A model generated the notes under the pieces. It searched no databases and was not told the DNA's origin. It saw nothing but the letters and a program-made list of their open reading frames with translations. 64,000 bases of DNA, taken from the NCBI GenBank assembly GCA_904063045.1, contig CAJFCJ010000007.1:3417404-3481403 (forward strand). Reading direction: 5' to 3'. Shown here piece after piece: positions 1 to 14,944 of this stretch. The position numbers were made by a program, and so were the translations under genes. The stretch comes from Dimorphilus gyrociliatus. Its lineage: Eukaryota; Animalia; Annelida. The number at the start of each line of letters is the position of its first letter. Position 1 is the first letter of the stretch.

Positions 1-17
1 ATTTAAACTGTACTTAC

Positions 18-80
18 CCGTACAACAGCAACAAAGAAAGTAATAATACACGCGCTACTAAAGACTTGATTTATCTTCAT
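18..80 (-). CDS. Probable first coding exon (signal-peptide-like) of a gene continuing off the left edge
   Basis: ATG at 80 reads MKINQVFSSACIITFFVAVVR (21 codons, hydrophobic core) and is followed directly by a consensus GTAAGT donor at 17-12. Confidence 0.5.
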
Positions 81-379
81 TGTTTAATAGTGTTAACTGC
101 ATTGGCAGTTATATATACCTATAGCCGTGTCATCCGAGAAAAGTCCATATTTTATTATTTTTACGAATATACATAACGAAATAACTAAAACAGCCACAAG
201 TATCGCCGAATACAGTTTTATATTCCAAAAAGAAATCAATTTGGAGTAACAAACGGAGAAACAATATCGCAAACACAAGCTTACACAATAATTTAACTGT
301 TCTTTTTTTAAATCTGATTTCTTTAATCGTCCAGTTATACAAATACGACGAAGTGGCTCTCTTTTTTTTTTTTCACTTT

Positions 380-2020
<1,641 letters not shown>

Positions 2021-2381
2021 TTAAAAATGGCCAATGAGTGTACCTATGCGAACCTCCTCGTGTAAGAAAAGGCTCGTTTTTTGGCGCACAATTACATTTA
2101 ATTAATTTTATATTTTTAATATATTAACAACCTTAGATATTTTACAATCAGATATTTGGTTTATCAATGGTGTAGAATGTTCGGCCAGCAGTCAGCGAGC
2201 CGATTTCCTCAACGATACGACGAGGTTCATCGAATATGGCGTTCTATGGTGGAAAGTACGAAAATGATACCGCATAATTTTTAGATTTTAATAAAAATTT
2301 TACCACTATACACATAATATACACGATTTATTTTCAATTAGGACTTAAATGAAATATAAAAATATTATCATTATTTTCGTA

Positions 2382-2396
2382 GTTTAACCTAGCAAC
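2382..2396 (+). promoter_or_regulatory. Candidate RFX X-box near the start of ciliary gene CCDC113
   Basis: GTTTAACCTAGCAAC contains the RFX half-site CCTAGCAAC, about 15 bp upstream of the ATG of a ciliary gene. Confidence 0.4.
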
Positions 2397-2410
2397 CAAC
2401 AGCTTTAAAG

Positions 2411-3858
2411 ATGGCGGAATCGATAGAAACAGCAAGCGTCGACACAAGTACTGAAAATAAGGATCAATGTGAGGATTTTTTCCTCAAAAGTGGCCAATTT
2501 GATGAATTATTTGAACATATTCGTCGAACAAAGTAAATTTGATCACAAACTATTATGTATTTCAAGTAAAATCGTCCAATAATTTTAGAGAACACAACGA
2601 TGCACTCGCAATTGAAACAGAAATGTTTAAAAAATTCCTTGAGAGAGTATCTCCTCTTGATGCTACTTTAGATACAAAATGGAATATAGCTCCACAGCCA
2701 CCACCTGGTCAAGACCAATTGAGTACGATGCCTGGCAGTAGAGCGTCGCGAAAGAGATCAAAATCTAAAGTTGGAGCAATAGATAAAACTCATAAACTAT
2801 CTCCTGAACAAAAGTGCGAAATTTCCCAAAGAGAAACGGATGAGCTGAAATCAGAATTAGTCCGTCTTAAAGAGAAAACATCAAAAGATATAGATCTTTA
2901 TAGAGTAGGTCTCTTATAGTAATGCAATCTTTATAATATTTTACATGCTATATCTTTTAAAGGCAATGATGGATGAAGCGGAAGAAAGGGAAGCTGAAAT
3001 AAATAGAGCAAGATATGAATTCGAAAGAGATATTGAAAAAGGAGCAAGAAACGCAAGAACCAACAAAGTCGTTGGAGAGAAAGTTCGACGTTACTTGGAA
3101 GAATATTTGAAGAGAAGAAATGAAAAAATTGATAAATTAAAGTTAAAAAATTCAACTCTAAAAGGTCAAAAGAAAAAATTATCTATGCAATTAAAGCAAA
3201 AGGAAGAAATGGGCGAAGTTTTGCACGAAGTTGACTTTAATCAACTTAAAATAGAAAATCAACAATATATAGAAAAGATCGATGAACGTAATCAAGATTT
3301 ATTAAAGCTAAAGATGACTGCTGGTAACACGCTTCAAGTACTTAATGCTTATAAAGTTAGTTGCGAATTATTTAAGCGAATAACTGTTATAGTTCTATAA
3401 TATGAATTATCTTGTTTAACAGCATAAACTACAAGAATGTACAGAGTTATCGAAAAGATTAGAACAAGAGGCTAACTCACGGAAAGAGCTATTGGAAAGA
3501 ATTGATTGTGAAACAAGTCAAGTTGAAAAGGAGCGAAACAAGGCCGAAAGTATTAATAAAAAACTTAAACAACAATTAGACGATTATAAAGTACCAGAGG
3601 TAATGGACTATGTGACAGAGAAGGCTGATGTTTACGAACTGCAAAAGAAAGTTAAAAGTTGGGAAAGAAAATTAGAAATTGCAGAGGTTAGCTTTAAACA
3701 AAAATTATTTTAATAGTCTAATATATTAACATCATTTGTAGATGGCTTTAAAAATTCACAAGAAAGATTGGACTCGTTTACAAATGACTAATCAAAATAA
3801 TCCCTGGTACGCTTCTGTACCTGCTCCGCCCGCGCAACAAAAAGTTCAAACACAATAG
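2411..3858 (+). CDS. CCDC113: Coiled-coil domain-containing protein 113 (CFAP263), ciliary
   Basis: Spliced segments ALAIETEMFKK, LSPEQKCEI, KLKLKNSTLKGQKKKLSMQLKQKEEMGEVLHEVDFNQLKIEN, AGNTLQVLNAYK, PEVMDYV, SWERKLEIAEM match the CCDC113 family as recalled; about 6 exons. Confidence 0.88.
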
Positions 3859-4703
3859 CAAAAGTTTTGAAAGTACTATCCAATTTGTTTGCACACAAAG
3901 GAAGCATATTTATATCTTTATAATATGTAATATTTAAATATAAACTGAATCACTTAACAAAATACACTATTCGAAAGTGATTATATATACTTTATGTTAT
4001 TCTTTCCCATATTTCTTGAAAAGGACATGGTTTCCTGCCTTAAAAACATAACATTAATATGGGCCTTGTTTTCTTTATATACTTTTAAATATCTTAAGGA
4101 GTTATTTATTGATAAAAATTCATGAAAAACAAGTAAAACTGTTTGATGTTGCTCCAGTTATTTGATAAATAGAAATCATTAAAAATATTCCAACCCTGGT
4201 ATAACATAAAAAGAAGAAAAAAAAAACATAAAAAAATTGAAAACAACAATAGCAAATCAATAATACTATTTTATCGATAGGTATCAATAGTGAGTTGATT
4301 ATTGTACTCCTGAGACTGTCACAGCTGTCGCCTAGTTTCGATTTAACTAAGCCTAGCTAAAAATACATAGTTTCTATAATAAATAAAACTCTTTTTACTG
4401 CTTATGATATACTAAACATCTGAGATAAAGGCATTATTTCCATAACCCATTTTGTAGTAAAGATTACATATTTAATTTTTAAACTACAAAATATTTTTGT
4501 CTAGTTTTTACAATAATGTTTGTATTAGTTACCATATTAGTATACTGATAAGGTACAATTTTTGCCCTGTTTTTTAACCTTTAGATATATATATGTAATA
4601 CAAGTTCAAATTATTCCATATATAGTCAGTCATATGCTTTGAAGATTCCTTCAAAATCAGAGACAAACAATAGGAACCAACAGAAGACCAAATTAACTTT
4701 CCT

Positions 4704-6779
4704 TTATTGATTTAAATTATTCATCCTTTGTCTCAAGTAGGGGCTAAACTTTTTTAATAAAAAATTCGTCAAGGCTGCAGAGTGCTTAAAGAATCCTATT
4801 TCGCAATTCCTGTAACGAAAAGCGCATTTGTTTAAAAGTTTGATGGTATTACAATAAATAATAGGAAATACATACAGGTTCTCTTCAATAGGTTTCGCCT
4901 CATTAGCGCTTAGGATAAATAGAGGAAAGAACAAAGAAAATATGCACCCACTGTATTTTTTTTAATAATGTAGTTAACTGTTATAGACTAATATTAAATT
5001 CATCAGATTCTTATACATACCTAACAGCTGTACTTGAAAAGTATAGAGTAATGAAAGTCAAAGGAGATCCAAAACCGATGAAATATGGCCAGTTCTGTTC
5101 TGTATACTTTTTCCTTTTCTGTATTAACCAGCCTAGAAGAAGTAAATATTTTTTTTATAACAAAGCGCATCCATTATGAATTGTCGTCGTATTTTAAAAC
5201 GCTTTATAAATAAAGTAAAACAACATAAACAATCTCTCTTTTTAACGAAAAATATCTTTTTTAGTTGTTCTATATTTAACTTTAAAGAAACTAGTAAATT
5301 GATTAATCTTATATCTAGAAAGATAAGAACAATTTATCTTCGATATACAACTTAATGCGTTATCTGTAAATAAAAAGGAAATTTAACGGAAATTACTTAA
5401 TACAGGAAAAATGTTGTTAAACTAATAAAAAATAAAGTGACCTTTCGACTCAATAATATTTGTAAATTAATAAAGTATATTAAGTTATCTAAATATAAAT
5501 AGAAAGTTTATAAATTATTCTATAGACTTGCTTTATTCATTATTTAAATTGCTTTTTTGTAACATTTTACCTTGATTAATCCATCTATATTCAAAGGCAT
5601 AGAATCCGTATAAGATAGAAACATGTAAGCATTGAAGAATTGTTCTGACGAATTTAAATGGAAGTAGACACCAGACGAATGACTTCAAGTAAAAGAATTT
5701 CATTAAGCAATGGTATTGAAATTGATGTCTTCTTTACCTGAACGAGGAACAATGATTGCATAACTAAGCTGAAAACAGTGTCCGACAAAGAATCACTGAT
5801 TTTATGCTGATTTGACGCTCTCCCGCGTTGAACCCTATAAGCTTCATCTGCAATATCCTAAGATGAAAGGAAAAATTGTAATTAATGAATTATCATATTT
5901 TCTTAATCAGGCTTAATCCATATAATATATGCAATAAATAAATGTATAATTAAATCTAAGATATGACCAATTTGCGCCATCTTGTTGATTTATTTTAAAA
6001 TAATATTTGTCACTTACTTGAAACCAGAACGTGTTGAGAACTTTACTAATAATAAACAAAGGCAAAATCCATAAAGCACTTATGGACCACGACAAGAAGT
6101 TAGTTAGAAAAGACCAAAAGAAATTATCACGGTTTAAATTGCCTAGAAAATAAAAATTATCAATGAATTAAATGTTTTTCGTAGAAATCTTGTAATTAGT
6201 AATTTTACCAAAAACCAGGGAAGTTAAAGATTGGAGATTTGGCAGTAGCAGGTAATCGAAAGCTAATAAACTAACCTATTTAAAAAAAAATAAAAGATAA
6301 AATGTTAACATGAAACATTTTCGTTCTATTTTTTCCAAATTTAGAAAACTTTATTTTTAGTACTCACTAAGAATATTCCGCCATTCCATATACAACAGTC
6401 TACGACCCTTCTCCATATTTTTGGAGTTTCACTATAACATAAGTAAGATGAATGTTAGTGTTATTATGTAATAGTGTTTATATTTATAATTTACTTGTGC
6501 GTTTGTACAATGCCAGATTCTTGCAATCTTTCCCTCCGTCTTTGCTCTAAAACAGATCCTGTCCGAATCTGATGTTTTTCTGTATTCTTTAATTTATTCG
6601 TTTCATCTAATTTTAATATTACCACCGTGCCTATTGAAAAATAATTTGTACTATTAACAATGACCTACTTAAATCCCCCAACACACATAAATATTATGTT
6701 TTAGTAAACCTTGTAAGGCGTCTTTTGCTCCAAATAAAAATAATCTCAAAATTTTTTGGCATTTTTCAACGACATTCAT
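4704..6779 (-). CDS. EI24: EI24 autophagy-associated transmembrane protein
   Basis: Spliced reading: MNVVEKCQKILRLFLFGAKDALQG-TVVILKLD ... VDCCIWNGGIF ... [25 protein letters not shown] ... YAFEYRWINQG ... EQNWPYFIGFGSPL ... FFPLFILSANEA. All are EI24 hallmark motifs. Confidence 0.92.
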
Positions 6780-7097
6780 TTTATCACCTTTTATATTTAT
6801 TGTCTAATGTCGATTTCGAAATTTTTCTTGTCAACATTTGATCGTTGTCTGCTATTTTCTACCAGTTTATTCAGAGCCAATTCCTATTTTACCAAATATT
6901 TGAAAACTTATAGATTTCTAAAGTTTGGATTAGAAAAAAAAGGGTTGATTTTTATAGGAATATTTTGTTTATTCTACTCGAAATTGTAATGAAAAATATA
7001 CTTCTTGCACACTTAAGGAGTAAAATGAAACACAAATGTAATTTAGAATAGTCGAGAAAATATCGTAGAGTTCCATATTCAAGCATTCTCATCGATT

Positions 7098-8559
7098 TTA
7101 CTGAAGCCTTTGAGTCATTGCCGACCCAAGAAGGCCAGCTTCTTCAAGAGTCTTATCTTCCTCTGAGTAGACTTTGTTCGGAAAAGTTGTCATTAGAACG
7201 AAATTTGCTTCTGCATATTCCTGTCTTTCAGATCGAACGAAATCTTTTAAATCCCCGACTGTATGACTGGTATTTAGTTTAGCAATCAGTCGTGAACCAT
7301 TTGCTAGACGTATTTGAATATTAGTCGTTGGCTTTGACGGATCTACTTCGGGCTTTCTGACTGAATCGACGGATGAACCTATATTACTAGAAGCAGCTTC
7401 GGGTGCAGACACTTCACCTCCTAAAGCTTGACCATAACCAGTAAATGCTTTACTGTTGGTTGAAGAGCAGAATTAAGAAAGAGCGAATTTAAAAAAAAAA
7501 TATTCTCTTAATGAATTATACAAACACTGTTTTCTTTTTGGAAACGTATTCTTCTTCTCTGTGATCTTCCATATCGAGGAAAACTTCGCCACCTTCTGCT
7601 TTGTTTATTAATTCTTGAGGGATATGTCCACTGGATATATCACGTAGAAATTTTGCGTTCTCAGGATTGGTAAATGGCCTCAATTCGTCATCATCTCCAA
7701 CTATAAATCCATTTTTGTACATTTTCAATATAACTTTCATGTTCTTTTTCATTCTACGCCCTCGAACAACTTCCGACTGCTCAGTTTCCGACTGACCTAA
7801 CCTGATAAGATAGTTTTTTCTATCAGGCTATAGAAATAGAATATAAAGACTATTATCACCTGTAGCCTGTTCCATGAAAGGCAGACGAGCCACTGGCCGT
7901 AGGTGCACTATCAGTAACTTCGACCGCGCCGTGTTCTCGAGCACTTTTGAAGATATTCTTAACCAAGTCTTTTTTTTTAGGTGGACCAAGTACTTGTTGT
8001 CCAGTCCCTCTCTCTGAGCCTGAAACAAGCTATTTTTATTGATTGAAGAGCCCTAATTGGAAAAGTGTACCTCCGGCATAATAAGCCTCTCCTTCTTCTT
8101 CACCGCTATCGGAAGAATTAGCCTCTTGATTTCTTAGAGCAGAAATAGATCCAAAACGGCTTTGAAAGAATTAATTTACTATAATTTGATTATGTATGGC
8201 TAAGTTATTAATTATACCTAGTTGGCTTAGGTGGATTTTTAATTTTTTCCGGCTCTTTTACTGGCTCTATTCGAACAGGTGGATCATTTCCTGCACTTGC
8301 AATATTTCTAAATTCTTCTCCTGATTCATCTTCTTCCATATTACAAAATCCATCGAGAGCAGCCTAAAAATATGAGAATATATAATCGTTGAGTCATTAG
8401 AGAACGTATTATCGCTCAACAATATATTGTATTCAAACAAACCTGTAGGTCACCGCCGTATGCTTCTAAAAGTCTAGAAGCCTCCTCTTTAGAGACATTA
8501 GTGATCTCTGAGAATGTTTGGACATCATTTTCGTTATCAAATTGCGAGTTGTCAGCCAT
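7098..8559 (-). CDS. NSFL1C: NSFL1 cofactor p47 (UBA-SEP-SHP-UBX p97 adaptor)
   Basis: N-terminal MADNSQFDNENDVQTFSEITNV (UBA-like), SEP domain LKMYKNGF...LRPFTNPENAKFLRDISSGHIPQEL, SHP box FTGYGQALGG, C-terminal UBX TTNIQIRLANGSRL...TFPNK...TLEEAGLL. Confidence 0.93.
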
Positions 8560-8724
8560 TTATTTGAATTTATAATAGAGCGTTATTCTTTTTATAGAAA
8601 GTCCAATACAGAATGTTTTGCTAAAAAAGCGAACTTTTCGTCGATAAATAGATGCGCATTCTGAGAACGTTTAAAATGTTCTAAGAGAATATCTTCATTC
8701 AGAATAAACTTTTAATAGAGATAT

Positions 8725-8766
8725 TCTAATAATAATAATCATAATAATAATAATAATAATAATAAT
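8725..8766. repeat. (AAT)n microsatellite
   Basis: About 14 nearly perfect AAT units. Confidence 0.9.
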
Positions 8767-9054
8767 TAAAGGAATAGATAAAGGACGCGATATTGGTATC
8801 AATCTATAGCCAATCACTAAAGAACAGACCTTATAGTCTTAATAGACATTAGGACATCTAAACTTTTATCATTAATTCCTATTGTAGATATTATCTAGAG
8901 TTTAAAATTACATTATAGGCTTCTTCGGCTTTTAATAAAACTTTTCAAGTTTAAAAGTGAAAATTCAATACAAAGTTCATCTTGTTAAACTTCTACTATT
9001 TTGTATTAAGAAAAGAAGATGTGTATAAAAAAAATAAAGCGAAAGATATATAAT

Positions 9055-9094
9055 TTCTTCTTCTTCTTCTTCTTCTTCTTTTTCTTCTTCTTCT
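9055..9094. repeat. (CTT)n microsatellite
   Basis: Run of TTC units downstream of the SDR stop codon. Confidence 0.85.
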
Positions 9095-9146
9095 CTACAT
9101 TAAGGTATTAGGATAAATATTCAAATTCTTTCATTAAACAGGCAAA

Positions 9147-10409
9147 TCATTCGGCTTTCGTCTTCGGGAAGAAACCTTCTCTCATAAATTCGTCCAATTT
9201 AATTAGAGCTCTCATTGGAATGTATCTAAAAATAGTTTTAATTATTAAATTAATAAGAATTTAGTGAAATAGTAAAATACATACAATTTTAAGAAATATA
9301 CTAAGCTTAGCAAATAACCAGGAATTGATACCATGAATTTATTACGTAAGGTAGCGTCAACTATAACTGAGGCAACGTGTTCAGGTGTTAAGAGAACGTC
9401 GGTTCTAAAAAGGAATAATTTAAATATGTTGTTTAATATACGAAAAGTAGTATACAAACTTATAATTAGAATGATCCAATACATTAGAAATCAAGTGTGT
9501 ATCAACAAACATTGGACATATGCATGTCACGTGGATATCGGTAAATTTTTCTAACTGAAGTTCGTGTTTAAGTGATTCACTTAGGCCGACTACTGCAAAT
9601 TTTGAAGAGCTGTTTAAAAATATATTAGAAAATTAGATAAAAGAACATAACGTATAGGTAACCAACCAGTAGTCAGTTAACATAGATTTACCAACTACAC
9701 CAGCCATGGATGCAATTTCTACAATATGTCCACTCCTTCTCTTCTTCATACCGGGGAGAACGTGTTGAATAAGCTAATTGGATTATATAAGCGTCTTATT
9801 AATCCATTGTATCTTTCATAAATATATATTTACTTACCCAAAAATGACAGATAATATTAAGGTGAAAGGTTAGCTCTATTTCTCTCTGGCTTAAATCAGA
9901 GATTTTTCTAACAGGCATAACTCCGGCATTGTTAACTAGTATATCAACTTGGCCTACGTCTTCCCATATTTTTTCGAATAGTAAATCAACCTCCGACTTA
10001 CTGGTAATGTCGCATACATAACTATAAACAGTTCCGCCTTTTTCTTCGACTGCCGTTACAACTTTATTTAAAAGTTTCTTATTGACGTCGACAAGAATCA
10101 CTTTAGCCCCTTCTGCAGCAAATTGTAACGATTCTTGGAAACCAATACCGCCACCTGCACCGGTAATCAAGGCAACCTAAAATAAGATTAATTCAATTAA
10201 TAATTATTCCTTTTATTTACAAAAATGCATCAACAATTCTCTTTAGACAAATTTAGCTTGAGAGGCAGGTATGCTAGTTCGTCTCTTATTTATCTTTGAC
10301 CCACTTAGTATTTTTGATACAATTTGTGTCTGAGCAATTAGCAACAGCTACTAGTACATTGAATTTTGTGGTCTATATACATATGTAAATATATATATTG
10401 AGAAGATAG

Positions 10410-10440
<31 letters not shown>

Positions 10441-10595
10441 AAAAAAAACAGAAGATTAAATAGTCCCTTAAATTGCCCTACCTGCCCTGCTATACTCTTC
10501 CTTGGCCTTGGGACAATCATTCTATAAAGAACTTCAAAGTATGAGAAAATCAGGGTTGCGAGTACCATCGGTACTTCAGTAATTTTTCCGAACAT
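9147..10595 (-). CDS. Short-chain dehydrogenase/reductase, SDR16C-like (RDH10/DHRS3/HSD17B11/SDR16C5 group)
   Basis: N-terminal membrane anchor, then ALITGAGGGIG (Rossmann TGxxxGxG), VDILVNNAG, HIVEIASMAG and a YxxxK catalytic motif split by an intron (DY..SKFAVVG). Ends PMRALIKLDEFMREGFFPKTKAE*. Confidence 0.9.
10405..10441. repeat. (GATA)n/(GA)n compound microsatellite in SDR intron 1
   Basis: gatagagatagatagatagatagagagagagagaga. Confidence 0.85.
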
Positions 10596-11077
10596 CTTTA
10601 CTGTTCAAAGTATTTTCTACGAATAACTCTTATCTGAAGAATCTATAAAATATAGCGATAGATTATGCTATTTTACCGTCTTGCAGACTGCCTATCAAAG
10701 TTCAAGGTCACACAAGGAATAATTTCCTTAAGTTGCTTATACACATAACCAGTCTACATGAAAAAATAGTGAACAACTAGTTTTGTAATATTAATCAAAA
10801 TCTGTATTACTTATGAACCTTTAATGGAAAGTTAAATAATGGCAAAAAAAGCAATTTCCAAGAAAAACATAATTAACTATTATGGAAATAAAAAGATAAT
10901 AGTTATCAGAAATGGTGAATATTTAATAATAAACGGTTCGGAACTAAATTATCAAGTAATTTATGATATCTCCTGACAAAATAATGATTTTCAACAAAAT
11001 TTATTAACAACATACTGATAAAATCAATATATCTATGTACATAATCTGAATAAAGTTTTACAGTAACTTCTTTTCAA

Positions 11078-14000
11078 TTACTTGCTGGATTTTTTGTGTT
11101 TTTTATGCTTTTTAGCTTTTTTGTGTTTTTTCCTCTTTTCCTCGTCGCTATCTTCATAATTAGGAACGAACTTTGATTCATCTGTTTTAAAAGGCAAATT
11201 TTTAGTTAAATTGTTACTTAGTCTAATTTACATAAATGTTACAAGGCTATGTTTTTTTTTAGAATATATCAAATGAACTTATTCTTGCACATAAAACTTT
11301 CAATCTAACTTAGAGTCTATGTAAAATTTCAGGTTATTTAATAAAGATAATAATACGTTTAAATATTATTGACAAGTAATGAGTTGTGTGATTAAAGGAA
11401 TTATCGAATGATGGGTAATTCGTTCTTCAATTTAGAGTTATATCTAAAAGCTGTTACACCTAGAAGACCTACAGTGGTAAAAATATAAATAAAGTAATTG
11501 CCGTGACAAATGAGATGATTTTTATCATCCTTTTTATCCCCTCTTCTTTCGTCTCGTTTTTCGTCACGTTTTGATTCTCGCTTATCTTTACGTTCATCTC
11601 TTTTCTCTTCCCTTCTCTCCTCTCTTCGATCATCTCGGCGATCGTCCCTTCTTTCTTCGGGCCATTCTTCTCTTCGACGATCTCGTTTTTCCTCCCATCT
11701 GTCCTCTCTGCGCTCATTCTTCCTCTCAACACGTCTTTCATCTTCAAACCTCTCTTCCCTTCTTTCCTCTCTTCTTTCTTCTTCTCGCCTGTCTCTTCTA
11801 TCGTCTCTCCTCTCCTCCTTTCTGTCTTCCTCTCGCCTGTCTCTTCTATCGTCTCTCCTCTCCTCCCTTCTCTCTTCCTCTCGCCTGTCTCTTCTGTCGT
11901 CTCGCCTCTCTTCCCTTCTTTCCTCCTTTCTGTCTTCCTCCCGCTTATCTTTTCTATCGTCTCGTCTCTCCTCCCTTCTTTCGTTTCTTTCGCGACCCTT
12001 CTTTTTGTCTTTTTCAAGTGGAAGAGGATCAGGAGTATCTTTTGGGTCTTTTTTAGATTCTTCTGATTTTTCAACTTTTCTCTCCTCCTTTTCAAGTTCT
12101 TTCCTATCTTCTACAGACTTTCGTCTTTTCTCATCTATTATCAAAAGTTATTAATTACAGCTTTAAAGGATATTAAAAATATGTTTCTAATATTCTTACC
12201 TCTCTCCGAGGAATCTGATTTTCTTGAGCGTGATCTTTTTTTCTTTTTCTTCTTTTTATCGGAAGAGGAATCACTTGATTTTTTAAGATATTCCATAAAA
12301 TCAGCCATAAATTTTGGATCCATTTGTAAATTGTCTTTTTTATTACCCATTCTCGATCTGGACCTAGATCTAGACCTGGACCAAGATCTTGATCTTGATC
12401 GTCGTCCTCTAGATCTTGATCTGGATCTAGACCTTTTCCTATAATGCCTTGGAGATCTTCGTGACCTAGAGGGTGAACGTTTATAATAAGGAGGTGAGAA
12501 ATATCGGCTTTTCGGAACAGGCGATCTAGATCTCCTAGGAGATCGAGACCTTCCTGGAGAACGTGATCTATATGAAAAAGGAGAGGGAGATAAAGAGTCT
12601 CTATTTTGTGTGGCTCTCTGCTGAAGTGCCATTTCGCACTCTCTTACAAACTCAGCACTCTTATCAATTTCCTTTCGCTTTTCACGCTCCTTCATTAAGC
12701 GCTGTTTTTCATAAAACTCTTCTTTTGATAGGGGCGGAGTTACAGGTCTCAAAGTTCCTGTTGATGGCCATGGTGTTCCGATAGGCCTTGGTGGCACTAT
12801 TGGTTGTTGTGGCAGTAAGTTGGGGCCAGTTCCAGTGTGTATAAAATTTCTAAATAGATTCAGAATTCCGAGTGGTGATGGGTTGTTAATCACGGGTCGA
12901 TACATAGGATTCACCGTTGAGTATGGGACAATACCTGATAAATAAGAATACTTAAGAAAGAACTTTTGTATTTGTATCTTCTTATTGCATCGGAATTTAA
13001 AAAAGGAATAAATGGAATAAACTCTTGGTTACTACTTTTAGTTTATTTTTTTTAACAAAGGTAAGGACTATCACAGATGAATGCTTTGATAACTTACCCG
13101 GAGTAGGTACGACTACTGAAGTATTTGTCGATATTGTGTTTACTACAGTAGATACTGGGGTTTCTTGAGTAGTGGAACTAACGTCTTCTCTTGGACTATC
13201 TCCCTCAGGAGGTGTCCCTACGGAATTGGGTGACTGGTTTGGACTATTCTTTGCATTTTTCTGCAGAAGTTTGATAACTGGTTTGTTAGGAAGTGTAAAA
13301 CCTGGGGGGAGTTCATCTTTCTTTTCCAAGTAACCGTTCTTGCTTCTGAAATTCTCAACGACTTTTCGAATGTTTTCATTGGGAACTAGACCATCTGTTG
13401 GAGATATTTTAGTCTTTTTGCAATTAGGACATTCGTGTGTCTCGGTTTCAAGTAATCTATTTCGAATACATTCATCACAGAAGCTTTTGTGGCAACACAC
13501 AGTTATAACAGCATCCTTCATTAAATCATTGCAAAGAAAACATTGCAACTCAGCAGGAATTTCTTGTTCGATAACTGGTTCCACCTCCGATTCATTTCCT
13601 GGGAAGAATGGTGGTTTTTCTTTCTTGCCCGTCGCGTAAGCAACACTGAAATAATAATCAATAAGTAACTTATCTAATGAACTCTTTAACATAAGTAAAT
13701 ACTTACGCATCTAGTTTATTAACAACAATATTCCCCTTGTCTGTAACCATAGCTCCAGGCGGTAGATTTTTGCTATCAACATCCACAGGTTTCATAAAAC
13801 TCATAGGTATACCCGTAGGTCTTTTTATTCTTGAAGGTGCCTCATTAGAAGAAGTGTTCTCCCTTCTTGCAGCCACACATTGCCATTTGTAATGACCTCG
13901 TTTATTACAATTATGACAAACATAGGAATCATAAGGCTTTTTCGTTCTGCTGTATTCGGATGGATTGTACATGGAAGTCGATTGTTGTATAGCGGCCCAT

Positions 14001-14911
14001 ATTTTCGATTCTTCAGAGGCGTTTGCTTCAGCTAAGTTAAGCGTCTAAGGATAATTTTGATTTTATAGGATATGCTAAAAAGAATAAAATCTATATATTC
14101 ATTATTACCTTTTTTAAATCTTCTTTACGTATACCATCTCCCTGTTTTGAATAAATTGTAAAAGTGCAATAGTAATATATTTACATCACTAAAAGACTGA
14201 GATGGAACCATATGGATGGTAGCTGTATCTCCATTGTTACTATTACCCTAATTCGAATGAAGAGCGTACATTTTAATTGATTTATACGCATGTTGAAACC
14301 TGATTCTTTAACTATCATTTTCGAATTATTGTGATAGCTTTGAAAGCATATTCCTACAACCTGTGGTTCCATCTCAAAGTAATTATTGTAAATATAATTA
14401 TTAATATATTTTTAATAAGACAGATTTATGAAATTATGAGATCAACCCATTGATAACAGTAAAAAATATGGCATATTTCCTGCTTAAATGTTGTGAATTA
14501 ACTTAAACTAAAGTTCTTTGGTCCAAAACTGATTGTAATCATGTTAGTTCACGTTGCATGAGAAATTAGTTCATCTTTGAGGGTATAAGTAGAAACGTTT
14601 AGAAGATCAAACGCTTCTGAAGAAATGTAGGGTTAAAGAGATAATCCAAATCTACTGCATTTGATTATTGAAAATAGAGCTCTAAAAGGCTACTCTTCTT
14701 AGAGGAAATGTTTTCGAAGAATTCACGGAATTAAGTTTTGTCAAAACTTTAAAACGTTATTTGATAGTCCAGGCCAGTCATCATTTCCAAACTTATTTCC
14801 ACCGACTTACTTACTTTTATAGGCCTGAAGATGTTTGGCGGTTAATTAAGGCATAAATTATGCCACCACCTGGGTTTTATTCGGCCTTTTAAAATTTCAA
14901 TACATATATAG

Positions 14912-14944
<33 letters not shown>

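Noticed and set aside
11469-12444. Alternate-frame 208-aa ORF and antisense Leu/Phe- and LD-repeat ORFs over RBBP6
   Set aside because: By-products of purine-rich RE and RS repeat codons.
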